Assembly (NCBI GenBank): GCA_963663275.1
Contig: OY760183.1
Span: 1,248,001-1,312,000, forward strand
Reading direction: 5' to 3'
Source of the DNA: Chloroflexota bacterium
GTDB taxonomy: Bacteria; Chloroflexota; UBA11872; VXOZ01
DNA: 64,000 nt
Shown: positions 28,123 through 38,392 of the stretch, piece after piece
Layout of the letters: every line of letters begins with the position of its first letter
Numbering within the stretch: position 1 is the stretch's first letter
Program-made: the position numbers and the translations under genes
Notes under the pieces: generated by a model
The model's input: the letters and a program-made list of their open reading frames with translations, nothing else
Told to the model about the DNA's origin: nothing
Database searches by the model: none

Positions 28123-30449
28123 CACCTATGGAAGTTCAGCGACAACGACCGTTCATCTTCGACCTGGCCGCCTTGGCGAGTTTCCTGCTCATCGCGCTGG
28201 TGTTCTTTTGGAAATCGGTCCTGGGACAGGGCGTCATCGGCGGCGCCGACCTGGTCTTGCAGTTCTACCCCTACAAAGCCTACGCCCGCGACCTGATCAG
28301 CCAGGGGGAGTTGCCGCTCTGGAACCCCCTCGTCTACCTTGGCGCGCCCCTGCTCGCCAACGCGCAGGCGGGACTGCTCTATCCGCCTAACGTCCTCTTC
28401 CTGCTCTTCTCGTTCCCCTCGGCCCTCACGTGGAGCGCGGTGCTGCACGTCTGGTGGGCGTTGGCCGGGATGTACCTCTTCTTGCGGCACGGGCTGGGCA
28501 CAACGGTCTTCGGGGCGTGGATTGGCGCGTTGTGCTTTGGCGCGGGCGGCTTCCTGCTGCCGCACCTGGAGCAATTGCATCTGGCGCATACCGCCGCGTG
28601 GCTGCCGTGGCTGCTGCTTTGCGCGCGCCGCGCCAGCGTGCCGCCCGCCACCACGTGGCTGCTGTTGGGGGGCATCGCCACGGCCTTTAGCTTCACCGCC
28701 GGGCACACCCAGGCGTTCTACTACGCGTTTGGCGCGGTCGGCTTGTTCTGCGCGTTCCTGCTCTTCGCGCCGCCGCCCGAACAGTCCTCGCGCTGGTGGC
28801 CGTTGTTCGTGCCGGTAATCTTCCTGGTGATTGGGGGCATTCTGAGCGCGGCGCAACTCCTGCCCACGCTGGAAGCGATGGCGCACGCCTACGCCGGCGG
28901 CGCGGCCTTGCCGGAATCAGCGGCGGCGGTGAACCGGAGTGAAGTCTTGTACTCGCTGCTGCCGCGCTACTGGGCGGGGCCGGGAGTGGGGGCGGTCGGC
29001 TACATTGGCGCGGGCGGCGCGCTGCTGGCCTTCTTCGGCGCCGTGCAGGTGGCGCGGGAGAGGTGGGTGGGCTTCTTTCTCTTTCTCGTGGTGTTTGGCT
29101 TCATCCTGGCGCTGGGCGCGGCCACGCCTTTCTATGGGATGCTGCACGCGGTAATGCCCGGGTCGGGGGCGTTCCAGGCGGCCGGGCCGTGGTTGCTGCT
29201 CGTCAGCTTCGGCCTGGCGGCGCTGGCGGCGCTGGGCGCGGACCGGCTGCGCGACGACATCCGCCCGGAGGAACGGCGCCGTCTGGCGCAGGCGCTCCTT
29301 CTGGGCACCGTGGCGATCCTCATCGCGCTGCTCGCCCTCATGGCCCGCATGTATCTTGCCGGCGCGGAGCAGGCATTGCCGGAGCCCCGGGTCGTGCTGT
29401 TTTGGACCATAGCCGGCGCTCTCGTCTACGCCGCGATTCTACTGACGCTCAGCCACGGCACGGCCAACGTGTTGGCCTATTCGCTGGTGGGCGTGATTGT
29501 GGTCGTGGAACTCTTCTACGCCTCCCGGCCGCTGGCGTTCAACCGGGTTATGCCGCCGGAGATCTACGCGCCGACGGTCGCCACGCGCCAACTGGCGCAG
29601 CACTGGAGCGGCGCGCGCTACGTCAGCATTGCGGCGGAACGTTTTCCGTTGGAAGATGAAGAGGCGCGCACACGCGACCTCCTGGAGACGTTGCCCGCCG
29701 CGTGGGCGGAGCGCGCCCTGGCGTATGCCAAGTACAGCGAGGAACTGCGCCCCAATCTCAATCTCGCCGTGGGGTTGGCCAGCGCCGACGGCTACGACGC
29801 CGGCGTAGTGCCCAGCCGCCACTACGCCGATCTGCGCGCGGCTCTGGGCGATGCGGCCCAGCCGCCGGACGCGGCGCTGTGGGGCGTGCTGAACGTGCGC
29901 TATCTGATCGCGGACCTGGAGCAGACCGCGCCGGGGCCGGGGTGGGAACTGATCGGCCAGGCAAGGCCGGAAGGCCCGCTGCTCTTCGAGAACACCGCCG
30001 TCTTGCCCCGCGCCTTCATCGTCTACGAAACGGTGGTGGACGACGATCCCCAACGGCTGCGGACACTGGACGCGGCCCGGCAGGCGCTCGTGCCGCGGCC
30101 GATACCGGAACTGGTGGGCGCCACCGGCGCGCCCGCGCCCGCCGCGATCACGTCGGCATCCGCGCTGCGCGTGGTCGTCCAGGCGGCAACCCCGCGCCCG
30201 GGCCTGCTGGTGCTCTCCGACGCTTTCTATCCGGGGTGGACGGCCACGATCGACGGCAATCCGGCGGAGGTGCATCGGGTGAATACGGCCCTGCGCGGCG
30301 TGCTGCTCCCCTCGGGCGAACATACCGTGGTCTTCCAGTACGCGTCGCGCTGGTTTCAAGTCGGCGCCGCTACCAGCGTGATCAGTTGGCTGCTGGCGCT
30401 GCTCGTCTTCCTGCCGCGCATCCTCCGCCCCGGCGGCAGACGGCGGTGA
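28116..30449 (+). CDS. YfhO-family polytopic membrane protein (GT-C-like)
   Basis: GELPLWNP..LGAP, YPPN, AAQLLPTLE, C-terminal LSDAFYPGWTATIDG..LRGV. Confidence 0.85.
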   Translation: MVTPMEVQRQRPFIFDLAALASFLLIALVFFWKSVLGQGVIGGADLVLQFYPYKAYARDLISQGELPLWNPLVYLGAPLLANAQAGLLYPPNVLFLLFSFPSALTWSAVLHVWWALAGMYLFLRHGLGTTVFGAWIGALCFGAGGFLLPHLEQLHLAHTAAWLPWLLLCARRASVPPATTWLLLGGIATAFSFTAGHTQAFYYAFGAVGLFCAFLLFAPPPEQSSRWWPLFVPVIFLVIGGILSAAQLLPTLEAMAHAYAGGAALPESAAAVNRSEVLYSLLPRYWAGPGVGAVGYIGAGGALLAFFGAVQVARERWVGFFLFLVVFGFILALGAATPFYGMLHAVMPGSGAFQAAGPWLLLVSFGLAALAALGADRLRDDIRPEERRRLAQALLLGTVAILIALLALMARMYLAGAEQALPEPRVVLFWTIAGALVYAAILLTLSHGTANVLAYSLVGVIVVVELFYASRPLAFNRVMPPEIYAPTVATRQLAQHWSGARYVSIAAERFPLEDEEARTRDLLETLPAAWAERALAYAKYSEELRPNLNLAVGLASADGYDAGVVPSRHYADLRAALGDAAQPPDAALWGVLNVRYLIADLEQTAPGPGWELIGQARPEGPLLFENTAVLPRAFIVYETVVDDDPQRLRTLDAARQALVPRPIPELVGATGAPAPAAITSASALRVVVQAATPRPGLLVLSDAFYPGWTATIDGNPAEVHRVNTALRGVLLPSGEHTVVFQYASRWFQVGAATSVISWLLALLVFLPRILRPGGRRR

Positions 30450-30757
30450 TGCCCAGGCGCGTCCCCGCCGCTTGCGCCTGCGCGGAAGCAAACCGGAGCG
30501 GGGGCCAAATTTTCGCTTGCTCAGAGCGCACGTAGATTCCTCGCTGCGCTCTGAATGACGGTTGCCGCGCCTCTCGGGCTGCAACGCTGCGCCTCTCGCG
30601 CCGCATCGCTAAGCCTCTCGAGCTCCATTGCAAAGCCTCTCCCGCGCACTCCGCACCCGGTCGATAGGGGTGCGCAGGTTACAAACCTACGCTACCGGAG
30701 TGCGCTGTTCAGGGGACGCAGGTTGTGCAAACCTACGCTACCGCTTCTCTTGACTTA

Positions 30758-30953
30758 GAGCCTGTTTACGATCTGCTAAGTGGGGAGTTTTCAAAGCCGA
30801 TAAAGACCGTTGGTGCTGAGCACTTCGGCAAGCTCAGTACAGGCCTGTCGAAGCATGAACGGCTATTCGCCATCGTGCGGCGGTTCCGTTCACCCTTCGA
30901 CGCGGCTCAGGGCGAACCGTCCTCGTTCAGACAAGACGATCGTAAACAGGCTC
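30758..30953. mobile_element. 196-bp IS5-like MITE
   Basis: Perfect 16-bp TIR gagcctgtttacgatc/gatcgtaaacaggctc, TTA on both sides, internal cttcgac..gctcag palindromes. Confidence 0.85.
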
Positions 30954-30991
30954 TTAGGCGCGCGGCGGATGGGGCTTGGAATTTAGACGGG

Positions 30992-32656
30992 CTAGTCTAC
31001 GCCGCTGACGGCGCCGGCGGCGTCGATGGTCATGCCGTCGGCGGCGGGCGTGGCGGGCAGGCCCGGTAGGGTCATGATGTCGCCGGTCATGGGGATGATG
31101 AAGCCCGCGCCGGCCGCCAGCTTGACCTCGCGCACGGTGATGGTGAAGCCAGTGGGACGGCCCAGCAGGCGCGGGTTATCGGAGAACGAGGACTGGGTCT
31201 TGGCCATGCAGATCGGCAACTTGCCGAAGCCGCGCCGTTCGAGTTGCCGCAGGGCGCGGCTGGCGGCCGGCGCGTAGTTCACCTTGGCCGCGCCGTAGAT
31301 CTCGGCGGCGACGGTCGCGATCTTCTCTTTCAGCGGCGCGTCGTCGGGATAGAGCAACTGGAACGCGCCCGGCCGCGCATTCTCCACCAGCGGCAGCACC
31401 GCTTCCGCCAAGGCCCGGCCGCCGTCTATGCCGCCGCCGAAAACGTCGGTATCGGCAACGGGCACGCCGGCCGCGGCGCAAAAGTCCGCAACGGCGCGCA
31501 TCTCGTTGGCGGTGTCGGAGGGAAAGCGGTTGAGCGCCACCACCAGGTCGAGCCCAAACCGCTTGATGTTCTCGATATGCTTCCCCAGGTTGGCGAGGCC
31601 CTTGGACACGGCGTCCGTATTCTCCGTCTCCAGGTCGGCGGGGCGCACGCCGCCGTGGAGCTTGAGGGCGCGCACGGTGGCTACCAGCGCCACGGCGTCC
31701 GGCGCCAGGCCGGCGCGGCGGCACTTGATGTTGAAGAACTTTTCCGCGCCCAGGTCGGTGCCAAAGCCGGCCTCGGTGACCACGTAGTCGGCCAGTTTCA
31801 GGCCCACCCGCGTGGCGATGATGGAGTTGCAGCCGTGGGCGATGTTGCCAAAGGGGCCGCCGTGCACCAGCGCCGGCCCGCCGGCCATGTTCTGCGCCAG
31901 GTTGGGGTGAATGGCCTCGCGCAGCAGGATGGTCATGGCGGTGTGGGCGTTCAGGTCGGCGGCGGTGACCGGCCGGCGGTCGTACGTCTCGCCCACGATG
32001 ATGCGGCCCAGCCGCCGCTTAAGGTCGGCCAGGTCGCCGGAAAGGCAGAGTATCGCCATGATTTCGGAGGCCGGTGTGATGTCGAAGCCGCTTTCGCGGG
32101 GCACGCCCTCGGCCCGGCCGCCCAGGCCGATGACGATGTTGCGCAAGGCGCGGTCGTTCATGTCGATCGTGCGCCGCCAGGTGACGCGCCGGGGGTCGAT
32201 GCCCAGCGCGTTCCCCTGATGCAGGTGGTTGTCCAGCATGGCGGCCAGCAGGTTGTGCGCGGCGGTGATGGCGTGGAAATCGCCGGTGAAGTGGAGGTTG
32301 ATTTCCAATGAGGGAGCCAGCGTGGCCTTGCCGCCGCCGGTGGCGCCGCCCTTGATGCCGAAGACCGGGCCCAGCGACGGCTCGCGGGTGCAGGAAAGCG
32401 CGTTCTTGCCCATGCTGAAGAGCGTCTGCGCCAGGCCCACGGTGACGGTGGTCTTGCCTTCGCCGGCCGCGGTGGGCGAGATGGCGGTGACGAGGATCAG
32501 CTTGCCGTCGGGCTTGGCCGCCAGCCGCTCCAAGACCTGCGCGCGCACTTTGCCCATCAGCGGCCCGTAACTGCTGAATTCGTCGTCCTGAAGGCCGAGG
32601 CGCCCGGCAATCTCGGTAATCGGCCGGGGGGTGTAGGCGTCGTGTGTGCTTGGCAC
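30992..32656 (-). CDS. fhs: Formate--tetrahydrofolate ligase
   Basis: PTAAGEGKTT, GIKGGATGGG, INLHFTGDFHAI, HGGPFGNIAHG, TEAGFG, CMAKTQ. Confidence 0.98.
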   Translation of the reverse strand: MPSTHDAYTPRPITEIAGRLGLQDDEFSSYGPLMGKVRAQVLERLAAKPDGKLILVTAISPTAAGEGKTTVTVGLAQTLFSMGKNALSCTREPSLGPVFGIKGGATGGGKATLAPSLEINLHFTGDFHAITAAHNLLAAMLDNHLHQGNALGIDPRRVTWRRTIDMNDRALRNIVIGLGGRAEGVPRESGFDITPASEIMAILCLSGDLADLKRRLGRIIVGETYDRRPVTAADLNAHTAMTILLREAIHPNLAQNMAGGPALVHGGPFGNIAHGCNSIIATRVGLKLADYVVTEAGFGTDLGAEKFFNIKCRRAGLAPDAVALVATVRALKLHGGVRPADLETENTDAVSKGLANLGKHIENIKRFGLDLVVALNRFPSDTANEMRAVADFCAAAGVPVADTDVFGGGIDGGRALAEAVLPLVENARPGAFQLLYPDDAPLKEKIATVAAEIYGAAKVNYAPAASRALRQLERRGFGKLPICMAKTQSSFSDNPRLLGRPTGFTITVREVKLAAGAGFIIPMTGDIMTLPGLPATPAADGMTIDAAGAVSGVD

Positions 32657-32951
32657 TGGGCTTCTCCTTGCTAGGGGATTTGAGGAGTAGTCTTTGAATC
32701 CGCGCGCGCGTTTGCGCCCCGCCGCTGCGAGAGCGCAGGTTACAAACCTACGCTACCGGAAAGATGCAGACCTGCGCTAACCGAAAAGGTTGCGGATCTG
32801 CGTTGTGCGCAGGTTACAAACCTACGCTACCGGATAGTTGCGGTTCAATGCTGAGCGCGGTCGTTGTGGTGTTGCGTCGTTGTCATCCTGGCGGGGCGAT
32901 GCTTGAACCGGTGCGGCCCGTTGCGGTTGGTATTCGCGGCCGCCGCCGGGG

Positions 32952-33953
32952 TCAGGCGAGCGTCCGGCGCACGCGATGCGTGGCTTCCACGAGGTTCCGC
33001 AGTTTGGCAACGGCGGCGTCGTGGGGAACAACCTGCAAGCCGCAGTCAGGATTGATCCACAGTTGCTCCGGCGTGAAGTACTCCAGCGCCAACCGGATGC
33101 GCGCCTCGATCTCCTCCACCGATTCTACACGGGGGTCTTGGGCGTCCACAACGCCATAGCCCATGCCCCGGTCCGCGGGAAACGGGTGCTTGCGCAGGAT
33201 GTCGAGCATCTCCGGCGCGACGTGGGCCAACTCCAGGCAAAAGACGTGCGCCGGCAGTTCCAGCATCTTGGGGTAGACCTCGTGAAACGCGCCGTAGCAC
33301 ATGTGGGTGAAAACGGTGACGCCCTCCGGCAAACCGTCGCAGATGCGCCTCATGCCCCCGATGGCAACGTCAAGCTCGGCGGGCTGGTCGTAGCGCGTGA
33401 CGAACGCGGGTTCGTCGATTTGCAGGTAGCGCACGCCTGCCGCGACAAGCGCCTGCACCTCTTCCCGGACGTACTCCGCCAGGTCCAGCACCGCCGCGCG
33501 GCGGTCCGGATAGTAGAGGTCGAAGACCCAATCGCGCAGGGTGTAGGGGCCGGTGACGGTGACTTTCAGATCGCTCGTGGCCCGAGACGCGGCGAATTCG
33601 TACCAGTCCGCAAGCAGCGTGCGCGGTGCGGATGCTTCACGCTTGATCACCGCCCGCTGGCCGTACATGTTGTCCAAGACCCACACCGGATCGGGATCGA
33701 TGTCGGCGCAGCCCCAGCCTTCCAGGAAGTAGGTGGTCATGGAGCGCCGGTACTGTTCGCCGTCCACGAGCACGTCGATGCCGAGGGATTCCTGAATGCC
33801 GATCCAGTCCGCTACCGCCGCCTCCTGGGACTGGCGCATCCAGGCGCGGTCCTGCTGCTCCAGCGGCGCCATTTCCGCCTGAAAGAGGTCGGGCGGCTTC
33901 GGCAAACTGCCAATGCTGGAGATGGGCAAAAGGGGTAGCCGGCTCATTGTCAC
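32952..33953 (-). CDS. Cobalamin-independent methionine synthase, catalytic (C-terminal-like) subunit
   Basis: IGSLPKP, DGEQ, TGPYTL, QIDEPA, Zn ligands HMC..E..NPDCGL. Confidence 0.88.
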   Translation of the reverse strand: MTMSRLPLLPISSIGSLPKPPDLFQAEMAPLEQQDRAWMRQSQEAAVADWIGIQESLGIDVLVDGEQYRRSMTTYFLEGWGCADIDPDPVWVLDNMYGQRAVIKREASAPRTLLADWYEFAASRATSDLKVTVTGPYTLRDWVFDLYYPDRRAAVLDLAEYVREEVQALVAAGVRYLQIDEPAFVTRYDQPAELDVAIGGMRRICDGLPEGVTVFTHMCYGAFHEVYPKMLELPAHVFCLELAHVAPEMLDILRKHPFPADRGMGYGVVDAQDPRVESVEEIEARIRLALEYFTPEQLWINPDCGLQVVPHDAAVAKLRNLVEATHRVRRTLA

Positions 33954-34960
33954 GCTCCCTTGCCGTTGAATGTATGGGCGGCGCGCGCCAGCGTTGTCAG
34001 CTTGTCAAATGCCGCATGGCGCGGCAAATGGAGCAGCGCCGTGCTTGGCGCGGCCCAGCAACGCTCCGCCGGAACGATGGCGGTTATCGCGTTCAGGGTT
34101 TCGTGCAGTTCCGCATCGCTTTCGACGCGGATGTGGCGAGAGTCCGCAATGCCGGCCTGGAGGATGGCATCGCCGTGCCACCCTGCCAGCGCGGCGAGAT
34201 TCGGCGCGCGATACGCGTCGGTAAAGTCCAGTCCCAACCCGCCAAGGCCGGGAATTGCAAGAAAGGGCCGGAGCAGATCGCCAATCGCGCCGCACGCCAG
34301 GTGGACGACGATTGTAGCTCCCGCCGCCGCGCTGGCTATGCGTTCGACGGCCTGCGCTACCAGCGGGAAGTCGGCGCGGTGCTTGGGACGCAAGACGACC
34401 GATTCATCGATTTGTATGTACTGGGCCCCGGCGGCAGCCAGCGCTGCGGCGTCCGCCGCCCACATGTCCACCAGCGCGGCGAAGGCCGACGGCGTGTCCC
34501 CCGCCTCTTGCCGGTCGGCGTAGGCATAGATGGTGTACGGGCCGAAGAGCGCGGGTTTGATGGGTTTGCCGGTAAGCCCGGCGGCATGACGGTACGCGCT
34601 CACAATCGGGCTCTCGCTTTCGCGTGCCGGTGCCTTGTCCAAGACCCAGTGGTGGTAGTACGTGTTCGTATCGAGATAGCGGAGCGGTGCGGCAACTTCC
34701 AGATCGGGCACGGCCCGCGCCATCTGAAACCACTCGTCGTAGACGGGCACGTAGCCGGTATCCAAGATGTCCACGCCCGCCTCCCCTTGCGCCGCCAGCA
34801 ATTCCGCCTGGGTCTCGGCCTGCACGGCGCGCAATTGTGCGTCTTGCCACGCCGCTTCAGGTGTGGGCGTCACCCGTGCGCGCCAATCCTCAACGGCGGC
34901 GCGCAAGGGGTGTTGGCCGTTGCTGACGATGGGAAACCGTCCGGTGGTCGTAACGAGCAT
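33950..34960 (-). CDS. MetE N-terminal-like (folate-binding) subunit
   Basis: RYLDTNTYYH, KPALFGPYT, QIDE, GLGLDF, APSTALLHLP; lacks the HxC..C Zn set. Confidence 0.8.
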   Translation of the reverse strand: MLVTTTGRFPIVSNGQHPLRAAVEDWRARVTPTPEAAWQDAQLRAVQAETQAELLAAQGEAGVDILDTGYVPVYDEWFQMARAVPDLEVAAPLRYLDTNTYYHHWVLDKAPARESESPIVSAYRHAAGLTGKPIKPALFGPYTIYAYADRQEAGDTPSAFAALVDMWAADAAALAAAGAQYIQIDESVVLRPKHRADFPLVAQAVERIASAAAGATIVVHLACGAIGDLLRPFLAIPGLGGLGLDFTDAYRAPNLAALAGWHGDAILQAGIADSRHIRVESDAELHETLNAITAIVPAERCWAAPSTALLHLPRHAAFDKLTTLARAAHTFNGKGA

Positions 34961-35067
34961 ACGTATCTGGCCTTATGCAATGGAATTGCCGCGCCGGTGT
35001 AGGGGCACGAGCCAGCGCGCGGGTACGACACCCGGTGTAGGGGCACGACATGTCGTGCCCCTACACG

Positions 35068-35208
35068 GAGACCTTTGCGTAACTCCGTCATTCCGGTGCA
35101 AACCGGAATCCAGACGTGCGTTTACCGTTTCCGATTGCTTGCCATCGAGCCTTCTCACCCCCATCCCAGCCATTCTCGACACGAGGGGATGAGTTACGCA
35201 AAGGTCTC
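35068..35208. mobile_element. 141-bp MITE (GAGACCTTTGC family) in the right arm of a REP A copy
   Basis: Perfect TIR gagacctttgcgtaactc/gagttacgcaaaggtctc; imperfect flank duplication ctacac/ctacc. Confidence 0.85.
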
Positions 35209-35291
35209 CTACCCGGGTGTGGCGCCCCCAGAAGCGGGGGACAAGCCCCCGCGCTACGGGAAGGCGCCCCCACGCCGGTGTTGCGCAGTTA

Positions 35292-36671
35292 CTATTCCGC
35301 CATCAGCGCGTTGGCGCGCGCGGCGGCGTCGGTGAACGCTTCCGCCACCGTGATCTTGTCCTCCACGATCGCCGTCTGCCAGGCCTCCGCCAGCAGCCCG
35401 AATACCTCGGCGTCCTTGCGGAAGAGGCCGCCGTTGGGCCAGGCGTACTTGCCGCGCACCGGATGCGCGAACGCGTCGAGATTCTTGTCCGCCAGCGCCG
35501 GGAAGTTCTCGCTCATGATGCTGATGTAGCGGTCTTGCAGCGAGGCGCGCGGATGTTGGATGCTGGCAATCTGGCATTGCAGGTCGAGGTACGTATCGGT
35601 CTGCAGGAACTTCATGAAGTCCCACGCCGTATCCGGGTCTTTGGTGTTTGCCCAGACCACCCACGCGTCGATGGAACCCTGGGTGGCGCGGGCCGCCGGG
35701 CCCTGGGGCAGTGGGACCACGTCCCAGTCCTCAACGTTATCGGGGTAGTCAGCCGAGTACTGCCCCGGCCCCCAGGAGCCTTCCTCCCAGGTTGCCAGTG
35801 TGCCCTGCATCAGGGCCTGGACCTTGCTGCGATCCAGCGCCGCCCATTCCTCACCGTGCACAATGCTCCGGTCCTGGTGGTAGCGAGCGTGTACCCACTC
35901 CATGGCCTCGATGGCTTCCGGACTATCGAAGGTGGCGTGGCGGTCGTCTTCCGGATCGACCACGGTACCGCCGTTCTGCACGATCTTCCAGATGCCGCGT
36001 CCCCAGCCCGCGTCCACGCCGCCAAAGACGGTGTTCGGGCGGTCGGTGAGCCTGAGCATCGCATCCTGGTATTCGTCCCAGCCCCACGTGTCGTCGGGGA
36101 ACGCCAGACCCTGCTTTTCGAAGACTTGCTTGTTGTACCAGAGCACGTACACGTTGATGTACATGGGCAGACCGTACTGGCCCGTCTCCGGCCAGCGCAT
36201 TGCGGCGAGCTGGAAGGGGATGTAGTCGTCCATGGGGAAGCCGTCGCGCTTGATGAAGGGATCCATGTCGAGCAGCAGACCTTCCCGTCCCGCCTGGACG
36301 AGATTCGTGCCCCACGTCATCGCGATGTCGGGTCCGGACCCGGCCACCCAGGAGGTGATGTAGACTGACGGGCTGTCCTTTACGCCGAGGACGTTTAGGG
36401 TGACGTTGGGGTTGTCCGCCGTGTACGCATCGGCGCCGGCCTGCGCCGCTGCCACCCAGGTGGAGTCGCCCCAGAGCGCCCAATCCAGGGTAATGGGCTC
36501 TGCCTGCGGCTCCGGCTCTTTGGCTTCCTTCTCTTCTGGGGCATCGTCCGTTGTCGCCGCGGGCATGGTCGCCTGGCCGCAGGCGGCCAGGGCGATTGCG
36601 CCCAGCGCGCCGCCGCCCAGCCACAGCGCCGAGCGTCGCGTCAAACGGGTTTCGCTGTCACCGGTCTTCAT
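35292..36671 (-). CDS. Sugar ABC substrate-binding Tat lipoprotein
   Basis: LTRRSAL, LAACG, YGLP, WYNK, PDDTWGWDE; aggaggt RBS. Confidence 0.9.
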   Translation of the reverse strand: MKTGDSETRLTRRSALWLGGGALGAIALAACGQATMPAATTDDAPEEKEAKEPEPQAEPITLDWALWGDSTWVAAAQAGADAYTADNPNVTLNVLGVKDSPSVYITSWVAGSGPDIAMTWGTNLVQAGREGLLLDMDPFIKRDGFPMDDYIPFQLAAMRWPETGQYGLPMYINVYVLWYNKQVFEKQGLAFPDDTWGWDEYQDAMLRLTDRPNTVFGGVDAGWGRGIWKIVQNGGTVVDPEDDRHATFDSPEAIEAMEWVHARYHQDRSIVHGEEWAALDRSKVQALMQGTLATWEEGSWGPGQYSADYPDNVEDWDVVPLPQGPAARATQGSIDAWVVWANTKDPDTAWDFMKFLQTDTYLDLQCQIASIQHPRASLQDRYISIMSENFPALADKNLDAFAHPVRGKYAWPNGGLFRKDAEVFGLLAEAWQTAIVEDKITVAEAFTDAAARANALMAE

Positions 36672-36941
36672 TTCCCTTACCTCCTTGCTTGCCCCTGCGG
36701 CAAGCCGTTCGCATGAGAGCAACACGAACTGAACGTACGGGCGACGCGCGGCTCTGCCGCACTCTCGCCACTGGCCAAAAACCGGTCACGCCACCTCCTT
36801 TCGCTTGCCAAGACACGACCAACGGTATCTTTGCCTGACATTATTACGAAATCGCTCCCGCGAATGCAACACGTGAGGGCTCGCTAACGCAACGAGCGCA
36901 CTGTCGCGGCGATGGCCTGGGAGCCGATGGCGTGGCCGTCT

Positions 36942-37316
36942 GCGCCCGTAGGGGCACGACATGTCGTGCCCCTACGGGCGCCGTAGCGCGGGAATGACGG
37001 ACTTTGCTTTAAGTCCTGTAGCGCGGGGGCTTGTCCCCCGCACGGGAAATCGCGAAGAGGTAGGCGGGGGAAGATGGATTCCCGCGTGCGCGGGAATGCC
37101 GGTCACTGTTTTGACCCCGTAGCGCGGGGGCTTGTCCCCAATGCTGTCGCGTAAACGTAGCGCGGGGGCTTGTCCCCCGCCGGAGCAAGCAAAGTGAGAA
37201 CGAAATGGATTGACCCTACGGAAGACGCAGGTTACAAACCTGCGCTACCGGAGAAACGAGCGTTGTTTTCACTCTCATTGTGTTTAATGCGACAGCATTG
37301 GGGCTTGTCCCCCGCC
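36942..37316. repeat. Cluster of REP families A, B (gtagcgcgggggcttgtcccccgc) and C (gcaggttacaaacctgcgctac)
   Basis: Copies at 36948, 37018, 37119, 37157, 37227. Confidence 0.85.
37139..37300. mobile_element. 162-bp MITE (CAATGCTGTCGC family, IS4-like ends) inserted in REP B
   Basis: TIR caatgctgtcgc/gcgacagcattg; 11-bp duplication gggcttgtccc at 37128-37138 and 37301-37311. Confidence 0.85.
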
Positions 37317-37384
37317 TTTGCGCGTGAGACACAAGCTCTGCCACACCTGCTCTCTTGGGTCAGAAGGAGAGCGGGCGACCGGAC

Positions 37385-38392
37385 CTATGCCAGCAACCCC
37401 AACTCCCGCTGCGTTTCCGCGATGCGCGCCAGCGCCGCTTCCGGCAGGGGGCCTTTGTCGGAGATCGCCACGTTCTGCTCGAGCTCCTCAGGATTCATGG
37501 CGCCGGGAATCACCGACGTTACCCCGGAAAAGCTGAGGATGTACCGCAAAGCGGCCTCACTCAAACTCCCCGCCACGCCCTCATCGACCAACCACATGAA
37601 AGAATTCGCCTCCCGCAGCCGCGCGGCGAACCGCTCCCGCGGCATGAGGCTGCGGTGGTCGTCCGGCTCGAATTCATGGTCTGCCGTGAACGAGCCGGAG
37701 AGAAATCCCGAGGCGAGCGGCGAGCGGATGACGATGCCGATGCCGCGCTCTTCGGCCAGAGGCAGGAGCCGCTCGGTGGGTTCCGGTTCCAAGAGGCTGA
37801 ACCCGATTTGGATGATCTCCGCGCGGCCGTCTTCCTCGATGAGCCGGATGGCTTCCGTCACGTCGCTGCCGGAGACGCCAATGTGCCCGACGTGCCTTTC
37901 CGCGCGCATTTCGACCAGCAGACCCAGCGGGTCTTCTCCCATCTCGCTGGCGACCGGACTATGCAGCAGCACAGCTTCGATGAGGTCCGTTTGCAGGCGT
38001 TCCTTGCTGCGGTGCACGCTGGCGCGCAAGGCGTCGCGGGAGAAGTCCCGCGCCAGCACGGGCGGCCCGCCGCCCGCGACCGGGCGAACGTGCTCGCCGC
38101 CTTTGGTTTCCACGAAGACTTCCATGCCCTGGAGGTGGGGCGGGCGTTGGCGCAACGCTTCAGGGATGTAGACTTCGGCTTCCGCATACACCGGCGCGGT
38201 GTCGATGAAGTTGAGCCCCAACGACAGGCCGTGATGAATTGTCTCTACCGCAGTCTCCAGCGTCACGGTGCCGTACGTGGCCGGACCCGACCAGTAACTG
38301 CCGCTCGTAATGAGCGCGCCCCCCAGCGGGTAGGTTCCCAGCCCAACCTCGGATACGTCGTGACCTGTGTTTCCCAGCGGACGATAGCGCAT
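37385..38392 (-). CDS. Aldo/keto reductase
   Basis: MRYRPLGNTG..VSEVGLG, FIDTAPVY, TK, LHSP, SPLASGFL, VIPG. Confidence 0.93.
   Translation of the reverse strand: MRYRPLGNTGHDVSEVGLGTYPLGGALITSGSYWSGPATYGTVTLETAVETIHHGLSLGLNFIDTAPVYAEAEVYIPEALRQRPPHLQGMEVFVETKGGEHVRPVAGGGPPVLARDFSRDALRASVHRSKERLQTDLIEAVLLHSPVASEMGEDPLGLLVEMRAERHVGHIGVSGSDVTEAIRLIEEDGRAEIIQIGFSLLEPEPTERLLPLAEERGIGIVIRSPLASGFLSGSFTADHEFEPDDHRSLMPRERFAARLREANSFMWLVDEGVAGSLSEAALRYILSFSGVTSVIPGAMNPEELEQNVAISDKGPLPEAALARIAETQRELGLLA

Noticed and set aside
34961-35290. SAM or cobalamin riboswitch upstream of the split MetE
   Set aside because: The region is filled by REPs and a MITE; no riboswitch consensus was recognised.
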